A DNA stretch of 64,000 nt. Origin: Octopus sinensis (Eukaryota). Below are positions 14,473-27,774 of the stretch, one piece after another. Each line of letters begins with the position of its first letter. The first letter of the stretch is position 1. The notes beneath the pieces are model-generated. The model was not told the DNA's origin. It ran no database searches and worked only from the letters and a program-made list of their open reading frames with translations. A program made the position numbers and the translations under genes. Location: the NCBI RefSeq assembly GCF_006345805.1, contig NC_043000.1, positions 96,906,001 to 96,970,000 on the forward strand. The letters run 5' to 3'.

Positions 14473-15365
14473 CCAGACTAAGAAAAATATGGCGGTCTGA
14501 ACTGCCCTCTTACAACTAGACAATATCATACTACAATGCATTTGCAATACCTGTGCGGATTCCAATATTTGGGACACTTGACTGGACTGTAGAAGAAATT
14601 TACCCTATAGGCGCAGGAGTGGCTGTGCGGTAAGAAGCTTGCTTCCCAATTACATGGTTTCGGGTTCAGTCCCACTGCGAGTCACCTTCGGCAAGTGTCT
14701 TCCACTATAGCCGCGGGCAGACCGAAGCCTTGTGAGTGGATTTGGTAGACAGAAACTGAAAGAAGCTTGTCGTATTATATATATATCTTTATATGTGTGT
14801 CTTTGTATCACTGCTTGTCAATCGGTGTGGTGTGTTTACGTCCCCGTAACTTAGCGCTTCGACTAAAAGACCGATAGAATAAGTACCTGACTTAAAAAAT
14901 AAGTACTGGGGTCAATTCATTCGTCTAAAAATTCAAGGCGGTGCTCTAACATGGCCACAGTCTAATGGCTGAAACAAGTAAAAGATAAAATATAAAAAAT
15001 ATAAACATTAAAACCCGCAAAATCCAAACATCAACTGGAAATCTCCATAAAAATAGTGATATCGACAGTGATAAAGGAGGTTTGGGTTTCAAGTGCAGAC
15101 AACCTTTGAATGTCACATGGTCTCTCTCAGACAGCACTTGCTAAACAACAGCAACAAAAATTAATACATCAACTTAGTGCTGAAAAGTGAAGAACACAAT
15201 GTCCTACGTGTTGGATTGAGCTTTTCAGGAAGTACTCTCTTCCCGATGACCTCCCATACAACCCAAAATCAGCCGGACGTGCATACCTCAAAAAAGAGGT
15301 GAAACACTCATCATACCGAGAAAATCCATGCTTGGGCATGTTTCCCGAAAGCTTTAAGAAAATAT
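14473..15365 (+). mobile_element. R4/Dong-like RLE LINE, RT C-terminal fragment interrupted by a SINE
   Basis: RLRKIWRSELPSYN*TISYYNAFAIPVRIPIFGTLDWTVEEI [SINE 14610-14990] INIKTRKIQTSTGNLHKNSDID..KGGLGFK...SLRQHLLN; the 5' junction directly follows CATACATACATACA. Confidence 0.75.
14610..14990 (+). mobile_element. SINE family S1, near full length
   Basis: Head GGCGCAGGAGTGGCTGTGCGGTAAG, B-box-like GGGTTCAGTCCC, internal TA tract, tail ...GGCGGTGCTCTAACATGGCCACAG...GTAAAAGATAAAA. Confidence 0.9.
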
Positions 15366-15374
15366 TTAACATGT

Positions 15375-15868
15375 ATCTGCCGAAAGGATGTAAGGTAAAG
15401 CCAAGCTCGGCAGCATTTGAACTCAGAACGTATAGACAGATGAAATACCGATTTCTTTACTACCCCCAAGGGGCTAAACACAGAGAGGACAAACAAGGAC
15501 AGACAAACGGATTAAGTCGATTATATCGACCGCAGTGCGTAACTGGTACTTATTTAATCGACCCCGAAAGGATGAAAGGCAAAGTCGACCTCGGCGGAAT
15601 TTGAACTCAGAACGTAGCGGCAGACGAAATACCTATTTCTTTATTACCCACAAGGGGCTAAACACAGAGAGGACAAACAAGGACAGACAAACGGATTAAG
15701 TCGATTATATCGACCGCAGTGCGTAACTGGTACTTATTTAATCGACCCCGAAAGGATGAAAGACAAAGTCGACCTCGGCGGAATTTGAACTCAGAACGTA
15801 GCGGCAGACGAAATACCAATAAGCATTTCGCCCGGCGTACTAACGTTTCTGCCAGCATGTTGCCTTAA
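15375..15868 (-). mobile_element. SINE family S2 tandem trimer (one head plus repeated body-tail units, ~184-bp period)
   Basis: Head at about 15868-15825; core GTTCTGAGTTCAAATTCCGCCGAGGTCGACTTTGCCTTTCATCCTTTCGGGGTCGAT present three times (the third degenerate); junctions at 15449/15450 and 15633/15634. Confidence 0.9.
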
Positions 15869-16254
15869 GATAAATCATCATTTAAAAAAAAAAAAATAAA
15901 TAAATAAATAATGCGTTTGACTTCAGAATAAAAAAAATTATTTCGAGAGTTATTAGCAAGTTGAGAACTATTTCACTTGAAGAGAAGTAAAAACTCGTCA
16001 GAATCCTCAGAGTATAAACTCAGTAAGAGTAACGAATTATACTTTGCGGATCCTAGAAATGCTTTGTTTTGCTTGACTCAAGTTGAATGAAACGTTGGTA
16101 ATTGTTAGTAACACTCCTTATAAAGATATCATCTATCGGCTCGCCTATAACAAACACCACCACCACCACCATACACACACATACATAAATACATACATAC
16201 ATACATACATACATACATACGTACATTTATATGTATATATATATATATATATAT

Positions 16255-16288
<34 letters not shown>

Positions 16289-16387
16289 GGATACACACAC
16301 ACGAACACATAAACGTACACAGATACGAATGCAGATATCCATTACTGAGCGGGCGCATGTGTATACGTGTGCGTGCATGTACCTGCT

Positions 16388-16436
<49 letters not shown>

Positions 16437-16650
16437 GTGTGTGTGCGAGAGAGAGAGAGAGAGAGAGAGAGAGGGAAATCATACATAGCAATTCATTTAG
16501 ACTAACAATCTCACTGGCATTTGTCTCTTTCTTTCTTTCCTTTTATCACCTCTTATATCACAAATAAACCCACACACAATTACACTCACAACACATATTC
16601 CTTCTCCAATACACACATATACATACCCATTTACGTACATACGAACTTAC

Positions 16651-16746
16651 CCTCAAGCTGATAACTGGCGGTGACAGCTATTTCAGATGAAATAAGGTGA
16701 AGCTGGTTCATACCGTCGTGACACAACACTCCAACCAAACCGTTAT
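16651..16746 (-). CDS. Candidate internal coding exon (96 nt, phase 1-1), product unidentified
   Basis: Pyrimidine-rich acceptor TTGTCTTTGCGTTATCTTTTCTGAAG, donor GAGG|GTAAGT, only one open frame: (D)NGLVGVLCHDGMNQLHLISSEIAVTASYQLE. Non-repetitive sequence; no homologue recognised. Confidence 0.3.
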
Positions 16747-17048
16747 CTTCAGAAAAGATAACGCAAAGACAAGGGGAAAAGTACGTATAATACAACTTTT
16801 CGCCCTGTCATCGCATTTATTTCTTTAAAAACTTCTATGTACTACTCCATTAGTAAACCTCTTTTCTTTTACTGTATCTCTGATTTTCTTGATCTATGTT
16901 TTTATCGTTTTATCTTTCCTTCTCGTTCTTTTCCGTTATCTGACTTTCCATCTTTTCATATCAGACGTCACATTAATCTTTGACAATTACGCATTATAAG
17001 CAATTTTAGAATAGACTGTATACAAACACACAGATACACGTAATATAT

Positions 17049-17399
17049 GACAAGAGCACTAAGAGAGCGCAAACATCCGCCAAGGCCACACCAATGTCCC
17101 CTCAACGATTACCCAGGGATTATTTTTAAAATGAGAATATCTGAAATAATCTCAACTGCTCTCTCAAATGAGAATATTAAAAATGAACCCAGCCGCTTTC
17201 AAAATTAAGTAAAATAAAAAAACAAAAAAATAATAATCCGAATTCCTTGTCCAGTACCGAATCGACCCCAAAATCTAATCAATTCGTGCCACTCACTAGG
17301 CCAAATGTACTTGAAGGTTTCATTCTTGAGATATCTTGTCCACGGACAAATAAACACAAATGAAAACAATAACTTCGCCTTAGCGAAGGCGGAGGTAAT
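17049..17399 (-). mobile_element. Helentron-associated (HINE/DINE-1-like) non-autonomous element
   Basis: Subterminal inverted repeats ACATCCGCC (17073-17081) and GGCGGAGGT (17388-17396); perfect 6-bp hairpin CTTCGC-CTTA-GCGAAG at one end and a GCACT...AGCGC hairpin at the other. Confidence 0.6.
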
Positions 17400-17859
17400 G
17401 AATATTCAAGTTCATAAACAGCAATATCCAACAGGTTGGGCTAGCCATTAGGCAAAACCTGAAAAGTCAGGTAACTTGAACTTTACAATTAATTTCATTC
17501 TTTTCTCTCACAGTTTCTTCCTCAGTAAAAAAAAAATTCGTTGTTATTGTTAAAAGGGCTTTAAAATAATATATATATATATGTACACGCATATACACAC
17601 ACACAACTGTGCTGTGTGGAAACCTGCATGTCAAAGAATAGATTCAACGTTTCCTCTACATGTTGTAATAGGCGACTTAAAGAAGATGAGGTAGGATTTG
17701 CACTCTGACCACGTAAAACACTCACCAGCAACTTCTACCCACAAGATACTCATGGGTTGGATGCTTGTCTCCCGAGGAGTGCAAAGACGTCGTCTGCCAG
17801 GAGTAGGGAATCCCAAAAATGGTGGATGAAGCGATGCGCTGTTGCAGTGCACACCCCCA

Positions 17860-17900
<41 letters not shown>

Positions 17901-19562
17901 AACTGTATACTTGCATACATATACATAGATACAAACGCGTGCGGACACACAAAAACATCTAATTGCCATAGGCCCTAAATATTTTGATGGAGTCGTAGGG
18001 ACGCTATCGAGACATATGATACGTCGTGTACATTTTAAAAATCTGGTGGAACCCTTCCTTGTGCAAACTTGACTACAATTGATTTCTTCGTGGAGAGAGA
18101 TAGACAGAACGAAAGAGTTAGAGAAAGAGAAGAATCAGCTCAAATACAAAACTGATATTCTATTTATCGATTCTGAAAGGATGAAAGCCAAAGTTGACCT
18201 CAGTATAAATTGACCTCGCACTCTGAGTTCAAATCCTGCCGGAGCGATTACTAAACTGTGTGTGTGTGTAAAGTCAGAGATATGAAAAACAAACACCTGC
18301 AGCTGGTAACTATATAAGCGAAAACCTTTTCATGGTCAGAGCGTCAGTGACTAAACCGATAACCCCACCAAGCTTGCTCAGTGTGATGGATAATATGTGA
18401 ACACCCAAAGGTAAAAGTAAAAATATGTTAAAGGGCAAAGGAACGAAGAAGAGTCAACGGCCAGCCCTAAGTTTTTGTACATGTATATGCATAAATATGT
18501 GAATAAGAGAATGATACTATCACTTAAAAACTGCGGCACTTATGTCTCTAACCATCATAAGCCTTTTAGCGTGTTCGCTCGTTTAACGGCTTGAAATATT
18601 TAGTGAAGAACATTCAGTTTCACACAGCGTGTGAAATTATAAAATAGATGTGCGAGTACTAATACACCCAATCATTTTTTGTATAAATTTGATTTGTTTC
18701 AGAAGCAAAAATCAAAACCAAATCGTTTTGGGATCAGAAAACAGAAGGAGGCCTCGCGTACCGATAGTTTAGATAGCGTAAAAGGTAACGAAAATGGAAA
18801 TACCCCCAATTTTGCGGTTTCCTCGCTCCTGGTAACACAGAAGATATAGTATATGCAACCGAGGTTTGATTATCCGGTCACCTGTCTGACTGTATCTTTC
18901 ATTTAAATGTCTACGCTATCGAGGACATCTTATATTGTTGTATACTTTTGTCATTACGGGCTTCCTTGACTGAAAACCATTACATCTGTAATTTTGATGC
19001 ACAAGATGGTCATACAAAAAAGTGAGTAGATAGAGACCAGCACCATATGAATGTGTGTGTGTGCGCGCGCGCCAGATAGAGCGATTTTAATTTCATGTAT
19101 ACGTGAGTGCGTGTTTTTTTTTTATTTTAAGAAAACAAGTTACATTTACAAACCTTTCTTAAATAAATAACTATAAACAGGATTAGAAATCAAAGTTAAT
19201 ATTTATAAAAATTAAAATGATTCGTGACATATGGCCATAAGTTTAGTTCTTTGTGAACTTTTAGAATAAAAGAACTAGAACGGTCGCTAGAATTTATAGT
19301 TAAATATGAGTGTACAATTTGAGGATTTTGTAAATAAAGAAGAGGAAAATTCGTATTAGTGGAAGAGTAAAATATAAAGGATGTAGATAAATTGGAGATA
19401 CAAAGAAGGAGGCATAAAAACAAAAATAGTAAAACTAGGATATCTTCCTTCCAGATTGCTGGTTATTTGGAGATGATATTATAAACCCGTCAATGATCTG
19501 ACCACTACACTCTTTACCGCTGATTTGTGATTTTGGCTGTTCGTAGTAGATATGCTAGCTGC

Positions 19563-19633
<71 letters not shown>

Positions 19634-19704
19634 TATGTTTGACTTTTGCTTTATATTTGTACAAGTTGGCTCCAAGTCTCACCCAGAGACCTCAAGAGAA
19701 ACAG

Positions 19705-19746
<42 letters not shown>

Positions 19747-22072
19747 GATATTGTTATTGTCACTATTGATGTTGTTGTCTTCGACAATGAATCTGCAGGA
19801 TTTGAGGGTTATTGTTTTTCCTTGCCTCCTGTCTATCACACATATTTATGTACGTGAACGTTTATGAGAATGTAGGGTTGAATATCTGAACCTGCCTATA
19901 TATGTTTGAAAGGAACGTGGTCTCCACCACATGTCCTCCTATCGACCTATTTGTTTACTTCCTTCTAGTCACACGTCGCTTTTTATTATGCTGCTCTAAT
20001 GGTGCTGAAGGCAATTTCCATTGAGCAAACTTAACACTAGACCTTATACTTTTTGCCAAAATACTGATAAAGTGAATCAATACGACTATAATATCACCAA
20101 ACAATTGCGTGAATCTGTCAACAGCTTTGCCGAAATGCGTGTGTAATTTAAAGCTTAAAATACCAAATATGTATTCTATTAATAATGTGTGTGTGTAAAC
20201 AAAGAGGTAATGTAAGAGAATGGGAAACTGCAGATGAAACTAAAATAATTAAAGGGGAATGAGAAAGTAAGGAAATAAAATACAACAGGAATGTAGATTA
20301 TAACATATTCTTTTAAAGCAAAACATTAAAAGTATATAAATATGTACCCAGTTTACTTGCAAAAAAGAAATAAGGAGATAAAGTTAATTATAAAATGATG
20401 ATGAAGATAGCGTAAATGGAGTTAATTATAGTGATAAGAAGTTATAACCAGGAATTTATGACCCTAATTATGTTAAGGAAATAAGTAAACGGAATATGAA
20501 TACCTAGACTTGTAGAAGTTATACTGTATTATGTCAAAAAGAATTTAGGTAGGTCACTACAATACTAAGTAGGGGACAAGAGATTCAGCAGATTTAGATG
20601 GAAGAGGTAGGAACAACAGAAAATAAGGACAAAGAAAAAGAAGGAGCGGGAGAAGAAGAAGATGAAAAAGGAGGAAGGGAAGGGGAGGGGGATGATGATG
20701 ATGTGATGATGATGATGAGGAGGAGGAGGAGGAACGACATAGAGATATGTTAGTGCATACGTAAGTAAGGGGTAATTTAAGCAGTGAGCAGTGAAAGATG
20801 TCCTAGTAAATGGAACTTCTGCAACAAATGCAGAATGCAGGTTTAAAAGATAAGAGAAGCAATGACATAACTAGAACAAGTGATAACTAAAAGCACGTCA
20901 ACAATTTGCCGGGTAAGTGGGTAAGTGAAAGCGATGAAAATAAAAAGAAATACGAATATATATAATTTTAGGTTAGGCAGACAGTTAGAAGCGCGGTAGT
21001 AATATGAGTATAGCGTAGGTATAAATTAAAATAACAATATGAGTCGAGGTTTTAAACGAAAAAAATTTACTGATGTAAACATATGTTAACTTGAAGGAGG
21101 AGGATGATATAATTGTCAGGGATAGGCAAAGGTGTTCTGAAAAAAACAACAATAAAAAGTAATTTAAAAAGATACTAGAATATATTCTGTTTATGCAGAA
21201 CAATACCAGAGTGTAATATGCATCCACATCAAAACGTAAATATTAAACCTGAGACTGTTGTAAAGCTCCAAGGGTTGAGTCAATTATGGCAGAAAGAATG
21301 AATCCTGTTAAAGTGTGACGTGGTAGGCTATATCGTTATCTAAGCTTTTATGGTTTAAACGGTAGTTACTCAGACTAATGAAGGTGCAATATATTTTAAT
21401 ATATACACCTACACACAAGCTGTATATACATACATACATGCATATATTATATATATGTAGGTATATACTTATATATGTGTGTATGTATGTATATACTTAT
21501 ATATATACATATACACACATATATATATACTGATATACATATATATGTTTGCATATATTTATACATATATATGTGTATATATATTTATATATACCTATAT
21601 ATACACACACACAGGCACGCACACACACACGCACACACACATATATATATATATATGTATAACTGAAAAAATTTGGAGTCAACAAGGAGTGCGGCTGGAC
21701 ATTTATTTTCAATCACTGCAATTGCTTCCACGCAACCTAGTCTTCCGGGTGTGCAGGTACTTAATTATGCAACTGTTTCCCTGCATTATGAGATCTAGTG
21801 ATATATAAATCACTCAGGTGATATGTAAATATTGTCATCGTAAGTTCAAATTCTCGGCTTCAAGAGCTTCCGCTCTGTCTGTGGTGGCCTGGAGTTAGTA
21901 GTTGTCACCGTCCTTCTTTTTGACTCCAATTTTTTTCGGTTATCTATTCACACACGACAGGAGCCCAAGCGCAAACATGGAAGTACGTATAAAATCTGTA
22001 ATCTTAACAGAATATGCCAAAAATATACATACATACATACATACATACATACATAACATACATACATACATA

Positions 22073-22114
<42 letters not shown>

Positions 22115-22322
22115 ATATATATATACACATATATATATATAGAGAGAGAGAGGAGACAGATGGAACAGTATATGATACTATAATATATTGTAGTGAATAC
22201 ATGATGTGATATGAAAATAAATACTTTTTTTAGAATGTTTAGATACGTTTACTGCTTCAAAAACTGAGTCTGTTCTGAGTGAACAATTCAGCCTGGGGCG
22301 AAATTCAGTGTATATGATATAT

Positions 22323-22430
22323 GTGGCTGTGTAGTAAGAAGCTTACTTCCCAACCACATAGTTCCGGGTTCAGTCCCACTGCGTGGCACCTTAGGCAAGT
22401 GTCTTCTATAGCCTCGGGCAGACTAAAGCG
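22323..22430 (+). mobile_element. SINE family S1, 5' part
   Basis: GTGGCTGTGTAGTAAGAAGCTTACTTCCCAACCACATAGTTCCGGGTTCAGTCCCACTGCG. Confidence 0.85.
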
Positions 22431-22499
22431 TCCTGAGAGGATATGGTGGATGTATGTATGGATGGATGGAAGGATGGATATTATATATATACTGAGTTT

Positions 22500-23072
22500 T
22501 GTCCCATGTTGAGTTGTTCCCTCAGAACAGACTATGTTTATCACATAATGACGATCGTTCTTGGAGACCTGCAATCAGTAGAACTGCGAAAAACATCTCA
22601 GATGTGCAATCGTTGAATCACCATCTATGAGTTATCTGAGGATGTACAGAATAGTTAGAGTTCAGTCCATTATCACTGAAGATTTGGGTATGAGACGCGT
22701 TTCTGCCAAAAACTGCTTTTAGCTGGCCAAAAAGAAACTCGCGTTTCAGTTGCAACATATCTCCTTGATTGTGTTGAGAACGATGAAAACGTTTTGACAA
22801 TTCTGCGTAGGCCTCTGAGCAGGTATCGCCAAGCTTTTGGCAAAATTTGATGCAGATTCTCAGCTCAGCTTTCTCTGTCATCTTCAATGCGACGATCATA
22901 CGCTAGACACCTTCCTTCCAAGCACCGCTGTAAACAGCGGAATTGAGCTAGAGCAATAAAATGTAGTGTGCATGCACAGAGTTCAAGGTCAATCTGTGCC
23001 AAGCGGCTTTACTCTTCCTGCTTTAACTTAATTACTATGCCAACAATCCGGATACTTATTGATCAGACCACG

Positions 23073-23074
<2 letters not shown>
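22500..23074. mobile_element. Rearranged mariner relic with one TIR
   Basis: Minus strand: TA + CGTGGTCTGATCAATAAGTATCCGGA TIR (23072 downward), then MTEKAELRICIKFCQKLGDTCSEAYAEL. Plus strand 22548-22800: DDRSWRP...ITIYELSEDV...EDLGMRRVSAK...LLDCVENDEN. Confidence 0.85.
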
Positions 23075-23125
<51 letters not shown>

Positions 23126-23147
23126 TATTATATATATATATATATAT

Positions 23148-23270
23148 ATTTCTTTACTGCCCACAAGGGCTAAACATAGAGGGGACAAACAAGGACAAAA
23201 GAATTACAATGACCCCAGTTGCAAAACTGGTGCTTTATTTATCGACCCCGAAAGGATGAAAGGCAAAGTC
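23148..23270 (-). mobile_element. SINE family S2, 5'-truncated long-tail monomer inside a TA tract
   Basis: Core and tail ending ...GTGGGCAGTAAAGAAAT, then (AT)n. Confidence 0.8.
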
Positions 23271-24094
23271 TATATATATAGGGTGAGAGAGTTGGTATGT
23301 GAAAGCACGTGGCTAGATGTATAAAAAATAAAATAGAATGAAAAATTACAGAAGACTTATAATATATGGTTAAGGATTAATGAATATATTTAAATCGTCA
23401 TGTTAGGAAAATGTTATAAAAATTTGTGTGTAGTGACATTGCTTTTAGAGAAATAATCGGTTTCGTATTTTCTTTTCGAATTTCTCAAATTTCTTTACCG
23501 ATATTGTGTCATCTCTTCGCTATGGCGTGTACATGGTGTGTGTATATATATACGTGCACGCGCACATACATACATACATACATACATACATACATACATA
23601 CATACATACATACATACACGCATACATATACATATATATACATGAGAATACATACATGAAACATACAAATCTGCACATACATACATACGTTTATGTAAGG
23701 ATATAAGATTGGAGTTAATTCAGTTCCCGCAGTTTCCGTATCTGACTATCTGTCGTTTCGCTAAAAATTGTAAGGAAGCATAGCAAAATGTATTTCTTGC
23801 CAGCTTGAAAACAATAAAGCGTATCATAATAATGTTTGTTGGCTTCCGAAAAAAAAAGACAGCACTAATCTTGCATAGGGATATGAACCGCATGAGTATC
23901 CTTTCAAAAATGCTTCGTTTTCCTTAATTATTCGATTCATTGCATTTCTCAATAATTTACATCTTTTTCAAGCTTTTTCAATTAACCCAAATATTCCGTC
24001 TAAAACAGACCAGTTGAATATGAACCGTTGTCTCCCTCGCATAATATCACTATTGTTAAACCGCTTAGAATACTTTGCCGTGAACAAAATTATC

Positions 24095-24162
<68 letters not shown>

Positions 24163-24399
24163 TACATACACACATTAAAACCTGTGTATATATATATACA
24201 CACACGCACACAAATATACATATGTATGTATGCACACAAACGCTCTCACACACTGACATCTATATATCCATACACACACATATTATTAACGAGAGATGCA
24301 TCCGGCAGCGTCGATTGAAATATAGGTGTGTACGATTATATGTAACACGTTTGTATGCACCTGTTTTTGACACACACACACCACAGTCAATAAATCGAT

Positions 24400-26070
24400 A
24401 TTCATATACGTCTATAAGTCGGTTAGATGATCCATTGATAGTTGCCATAGTACTCGATAATGTTTCTGGTATTATCCTGTTCCACAAAGACATTTTCAAT
24501 GCAAGTATGGCTATAGTATATAAGTATTTAAATTGGTAGACAGGACGACAGGATGGCAAATGCAGGGAAAGAGATATGGAGAGTCTAGGATAATTAAAGA
24601 AGAATATAGCGTTTAGTTCCACCGTGTCAACTTGAATTGTTGCTGAAGACTAGTATGTCTCATTTTCGTTAAGGTTGTCTCAGTTGTAGTGGAATTTTCT
24701 ATATTCCGTGTGGGCAAAACATCCCCAATTGATTTCGTTTTAGTAATGGTTATTGTTAGCTAATAGAGTTTCCAATCCGTCTCTTCTGCATAGTTCGAAG
24801 GATGCCCTCTACCTCCCGTTAGGGCAGAGCATTTCCCATCATCGACCATGTCAAACTATAGTCGACCTCTCTATCAGCTAGATTACAAGCATAATCCGGT
24901 AGTGAATTTGATAAATCTTGATGTGGAAAAAGTTTGGCTATACAGAGAAATCCCGTTTCATGGGGTTCATTGTGCCTCTGTGTAATACTACTATTTTATG
25001 TCTTCACCACACACATAACCTATGTTGGTTTGGAAACAGTATCCACCCAAGAAATATTCCGCTAGAGTTTTACAATTACATCTCAGGAGTGAGAGACTGT
25101 GGTCTATAGATTATTTTTTGTCCCCCTAATCGTAGTTTGAGCTCGGTAGGAAACCAGTTTAGTTGGTATATCCTTCTGTGACGATCCGGTGATAATTGTA
25201 GTGATGGTGTTCCTGATAGATCCTCCGCCCTTAGAGCTCATTGAAATGGGCTTCATTAAAATGGTTATAGTTGTTGTGCCATTGACAATAGCTAATTGAA
25301 AATACTATTGTACCTATTTTGCAGGGGAAAAGCCAAATCGAGAATCGGGACGAATATTCTGGGGATGTTTGTTTTCACAGAACGGAAAAAATATTGGACG
25401 ATACTATATTACATGCCTTCTTCTTCCTCGCCCCTCCTACCATTGGGGCGCGTGCCATTCCCAGGAAGGTTGTCATGTGTCCTCGGTTTCCTCACATTGT
25501 GGTCACGTTCTGGATTCCGTTCCGAACTCAGTTTTGTCCCAGAGTTAGACTCTCCTCTCCCGATGCCCCTTAACGTTCCTGAATTTTCCCCGTGACCCGT
25601 GTGTCGGTTTGCCATCTATGCGGGACTTATGTTACCTCCAGGGGAGAGGACATGCCTCAATAGTCTGATCGACGTCTTTCAAATATCCTAGAGACGCACA
25701 ATTATTATATGACGTTGCCCCAGATATTCTAACTAAATATCGTGATTGTATTCACATTGCTCCTGCATTCCTGAAGGGTTCGTTTAAATTTGGTATCCCT
25801 AATAAAGCTAACCCTGTCGCTACAATCTCCCTACCGAGAGCTTCGTTCTAACATACCACGTTATTATTAAATATCTGCTCATTTCCAGAAAGACTGAATA
25901 CCCTAATTGAGTGGCATCCAGCAATAGGTCATCTAATACACCGACTGGGTTGGTTATAGACAATTCCAAGATCCGCAACATCAGGAGCAACGATACAGGA
26001 AATGTGTGGTACTATACATCCTGCGCAAACACACTGTAGACGCCATGTAACAATGGATTGAGTACATCTG
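24400..26070 (-). mobile_element. Heavily decayed Ty3/Gypsy-like LTR retrotransposon relic (gag, zinc-knuckle remnant, RT N-terminus)
   Basis: Gag-like RQG...QCEY...RHIIIVRL*DI*KTSIRLL (about 25650-25830); RG-rich stretch and a frameshifted C-GNRG-H-MTTF knuckle remnant (25465-25505); RT-like ALP*REVEGILRTMQKRRI (24774-24818), EYRKFH (about 24700) and TIQVDTVELNAIFF..ILD. The order is collinear with gag-pol; many stops; no LTR seen. Confidence 0.5.
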
Positions 26071-27537
26071 AAAACACATTTGTGTTTTATTGACTAACCT
26101 ATTGCGTTATGTGGAAATTTACAAATACACACACACACATACAAACACACACACACACGATTTTCTGAAGTTATGAGCGTGTGCTTCGTGATATCAAAAG
26201 GCGGCTGTTTGCCACATGACATGATGGCCTGTGCATGTTTACGTATACACTTGTATGATTGTACGCGTGAGCGTACATTTACACGTATATGTGCAGCTTT
26301 GCGTGTGAGTATGCATATATGTAAGTTTGTGTGCATGAGTTTGCCTGTGTGTGCGTGCACGTGTAAATGCAAGTGTATGGAGGTGAGGGCATGTGACAAA
26401 TGACCAACCGTTGTCTTTGTTTTCGAACTGTTTCGAACATATTAGTTATGGCTATTGTTTGCCAAAATGATAACACTTTGATCCAGATAACATATAAATG
26501 TAATCGGTGACTATAATTTTGATTCGTATTTTGTTGTATGTCATTGACTTTTAGTTTTCATTGATATTACTGCTATCGTTACTGTTCTTATAACTGATGC
26601 TACATTGACTCGGGAGCCATTTTATTTATCTCTTTCTAGCTTACTGTTTAGATGTGTGCGATGATGCGCATATGTGTGAGTGCATATGGGTCTACTAATG
26701 TTATCTCCACCTATCACTCCTCTCTCACACGTTTCTAATATCTCACATTCTGTCATCATCTATCCTACTATACCAACTAATTGGCATATAATTTGCATTC
26801 TGGGGTATATTAGGGCAAGCACATATATTTACATTGTTTGTTTGGCAGATAATGTTAACGAAGTATATTGAATGTATTTCGTGATAATGCTAATCGGCTT
26901 AAGCAATAACAATCGTTTTGAGAAACAAATGTATGGGATATGAACCCTAAAATATGAATTGCGCTTTCTGTGTTTAGCATTGCTATGAATTATACGTACA
27001 TGTTTACACAGAGACACAGACACACACGTGAGTGTATGTGTGCGCGTGTGTACATATGTATATATGTATATAAATATATAATAATTTCATTCGGGTGTTA
27101 ACCTTGGAGTTCATATGCATATATGTTTGTGTATGCATGTATCTGTGTGTGCCTATTTGTATGTATAAATATTTGGTGTTATCAAAGCTCGTACAGTAAA
27201 ATATATAAAGATTACATTCGATCTAAAGTCATATCATGCATTGAATACTAAGTTGGAAAGAAGTTTACCTCGTCTCGACCCAAAGAACGAGGAAAGCAAC
27301 CCTCCACCCACAAACACAGATACACATTTATATACACGCACGCACATATGCGCACACACACGCACATACACGCATTCATGCATACACACACATACATACA
27401 TACGTACGTACATACATACATACATATATACATACATACATACATACATACATACATACATACATACATACATGCATGCATGCATACATACATACATACA
27501 TACATACATACATACATACATACATACATACATACAT

Positions 27538-27770
27538 AATAATTTGGGGAAGAGAAAAGAAACTGTACAGTTGTGGAAATCAGCTGCCGAGTGGATACTA
27601 ACATAAAGCTAAAAATCAGCAAAAAAGAAAATACCTATGCTGAGATATTGAGGAATCTACAGCTACACTATCTTGATTATTTGTTCAGGTTTATATCTGT
27701 AATCATTGGGGCACTGGGATGGATATGTAACACACTGCCCAAAAACTAATCTTGAGAAATCAGTTTGTTG
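27538..27770 (+). mobile_element. R4/Dong-like RLE LINE, endonuclease-domain fragment
   Basis: IIW..EKKL.TVVEISCRVDTNIKLKISKKENTYAEILRNLQL...FISVIIGALG; same family as 57860-58760; the 5' junction fuses to (CATA)n. Confidence 0.8.
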
Positions 27771-27774
27771 CCTT

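Noticed and set aside
15375-15868. Regularly spaced ~184-bp repeats as a CRISPR-like or satellite array
   Set aside because: No unique spacers; the units are SINE bodies, and the DNA is eukaryotic.
23641-23690. A fourth CATA-flanked copy of the RLE LINE
   Set aside because: It is only ~45 bp of a UTR segment that is itself CATA-rich, so it was not counted as independent evidence for targeting.
24818-25110. Plus-strand L1-like RT reading (INLDVEK...SGVRDCG)
   Set aside because: Motif spacing is inconsistent; the minus-strand Gypsy reading explains more of the block.
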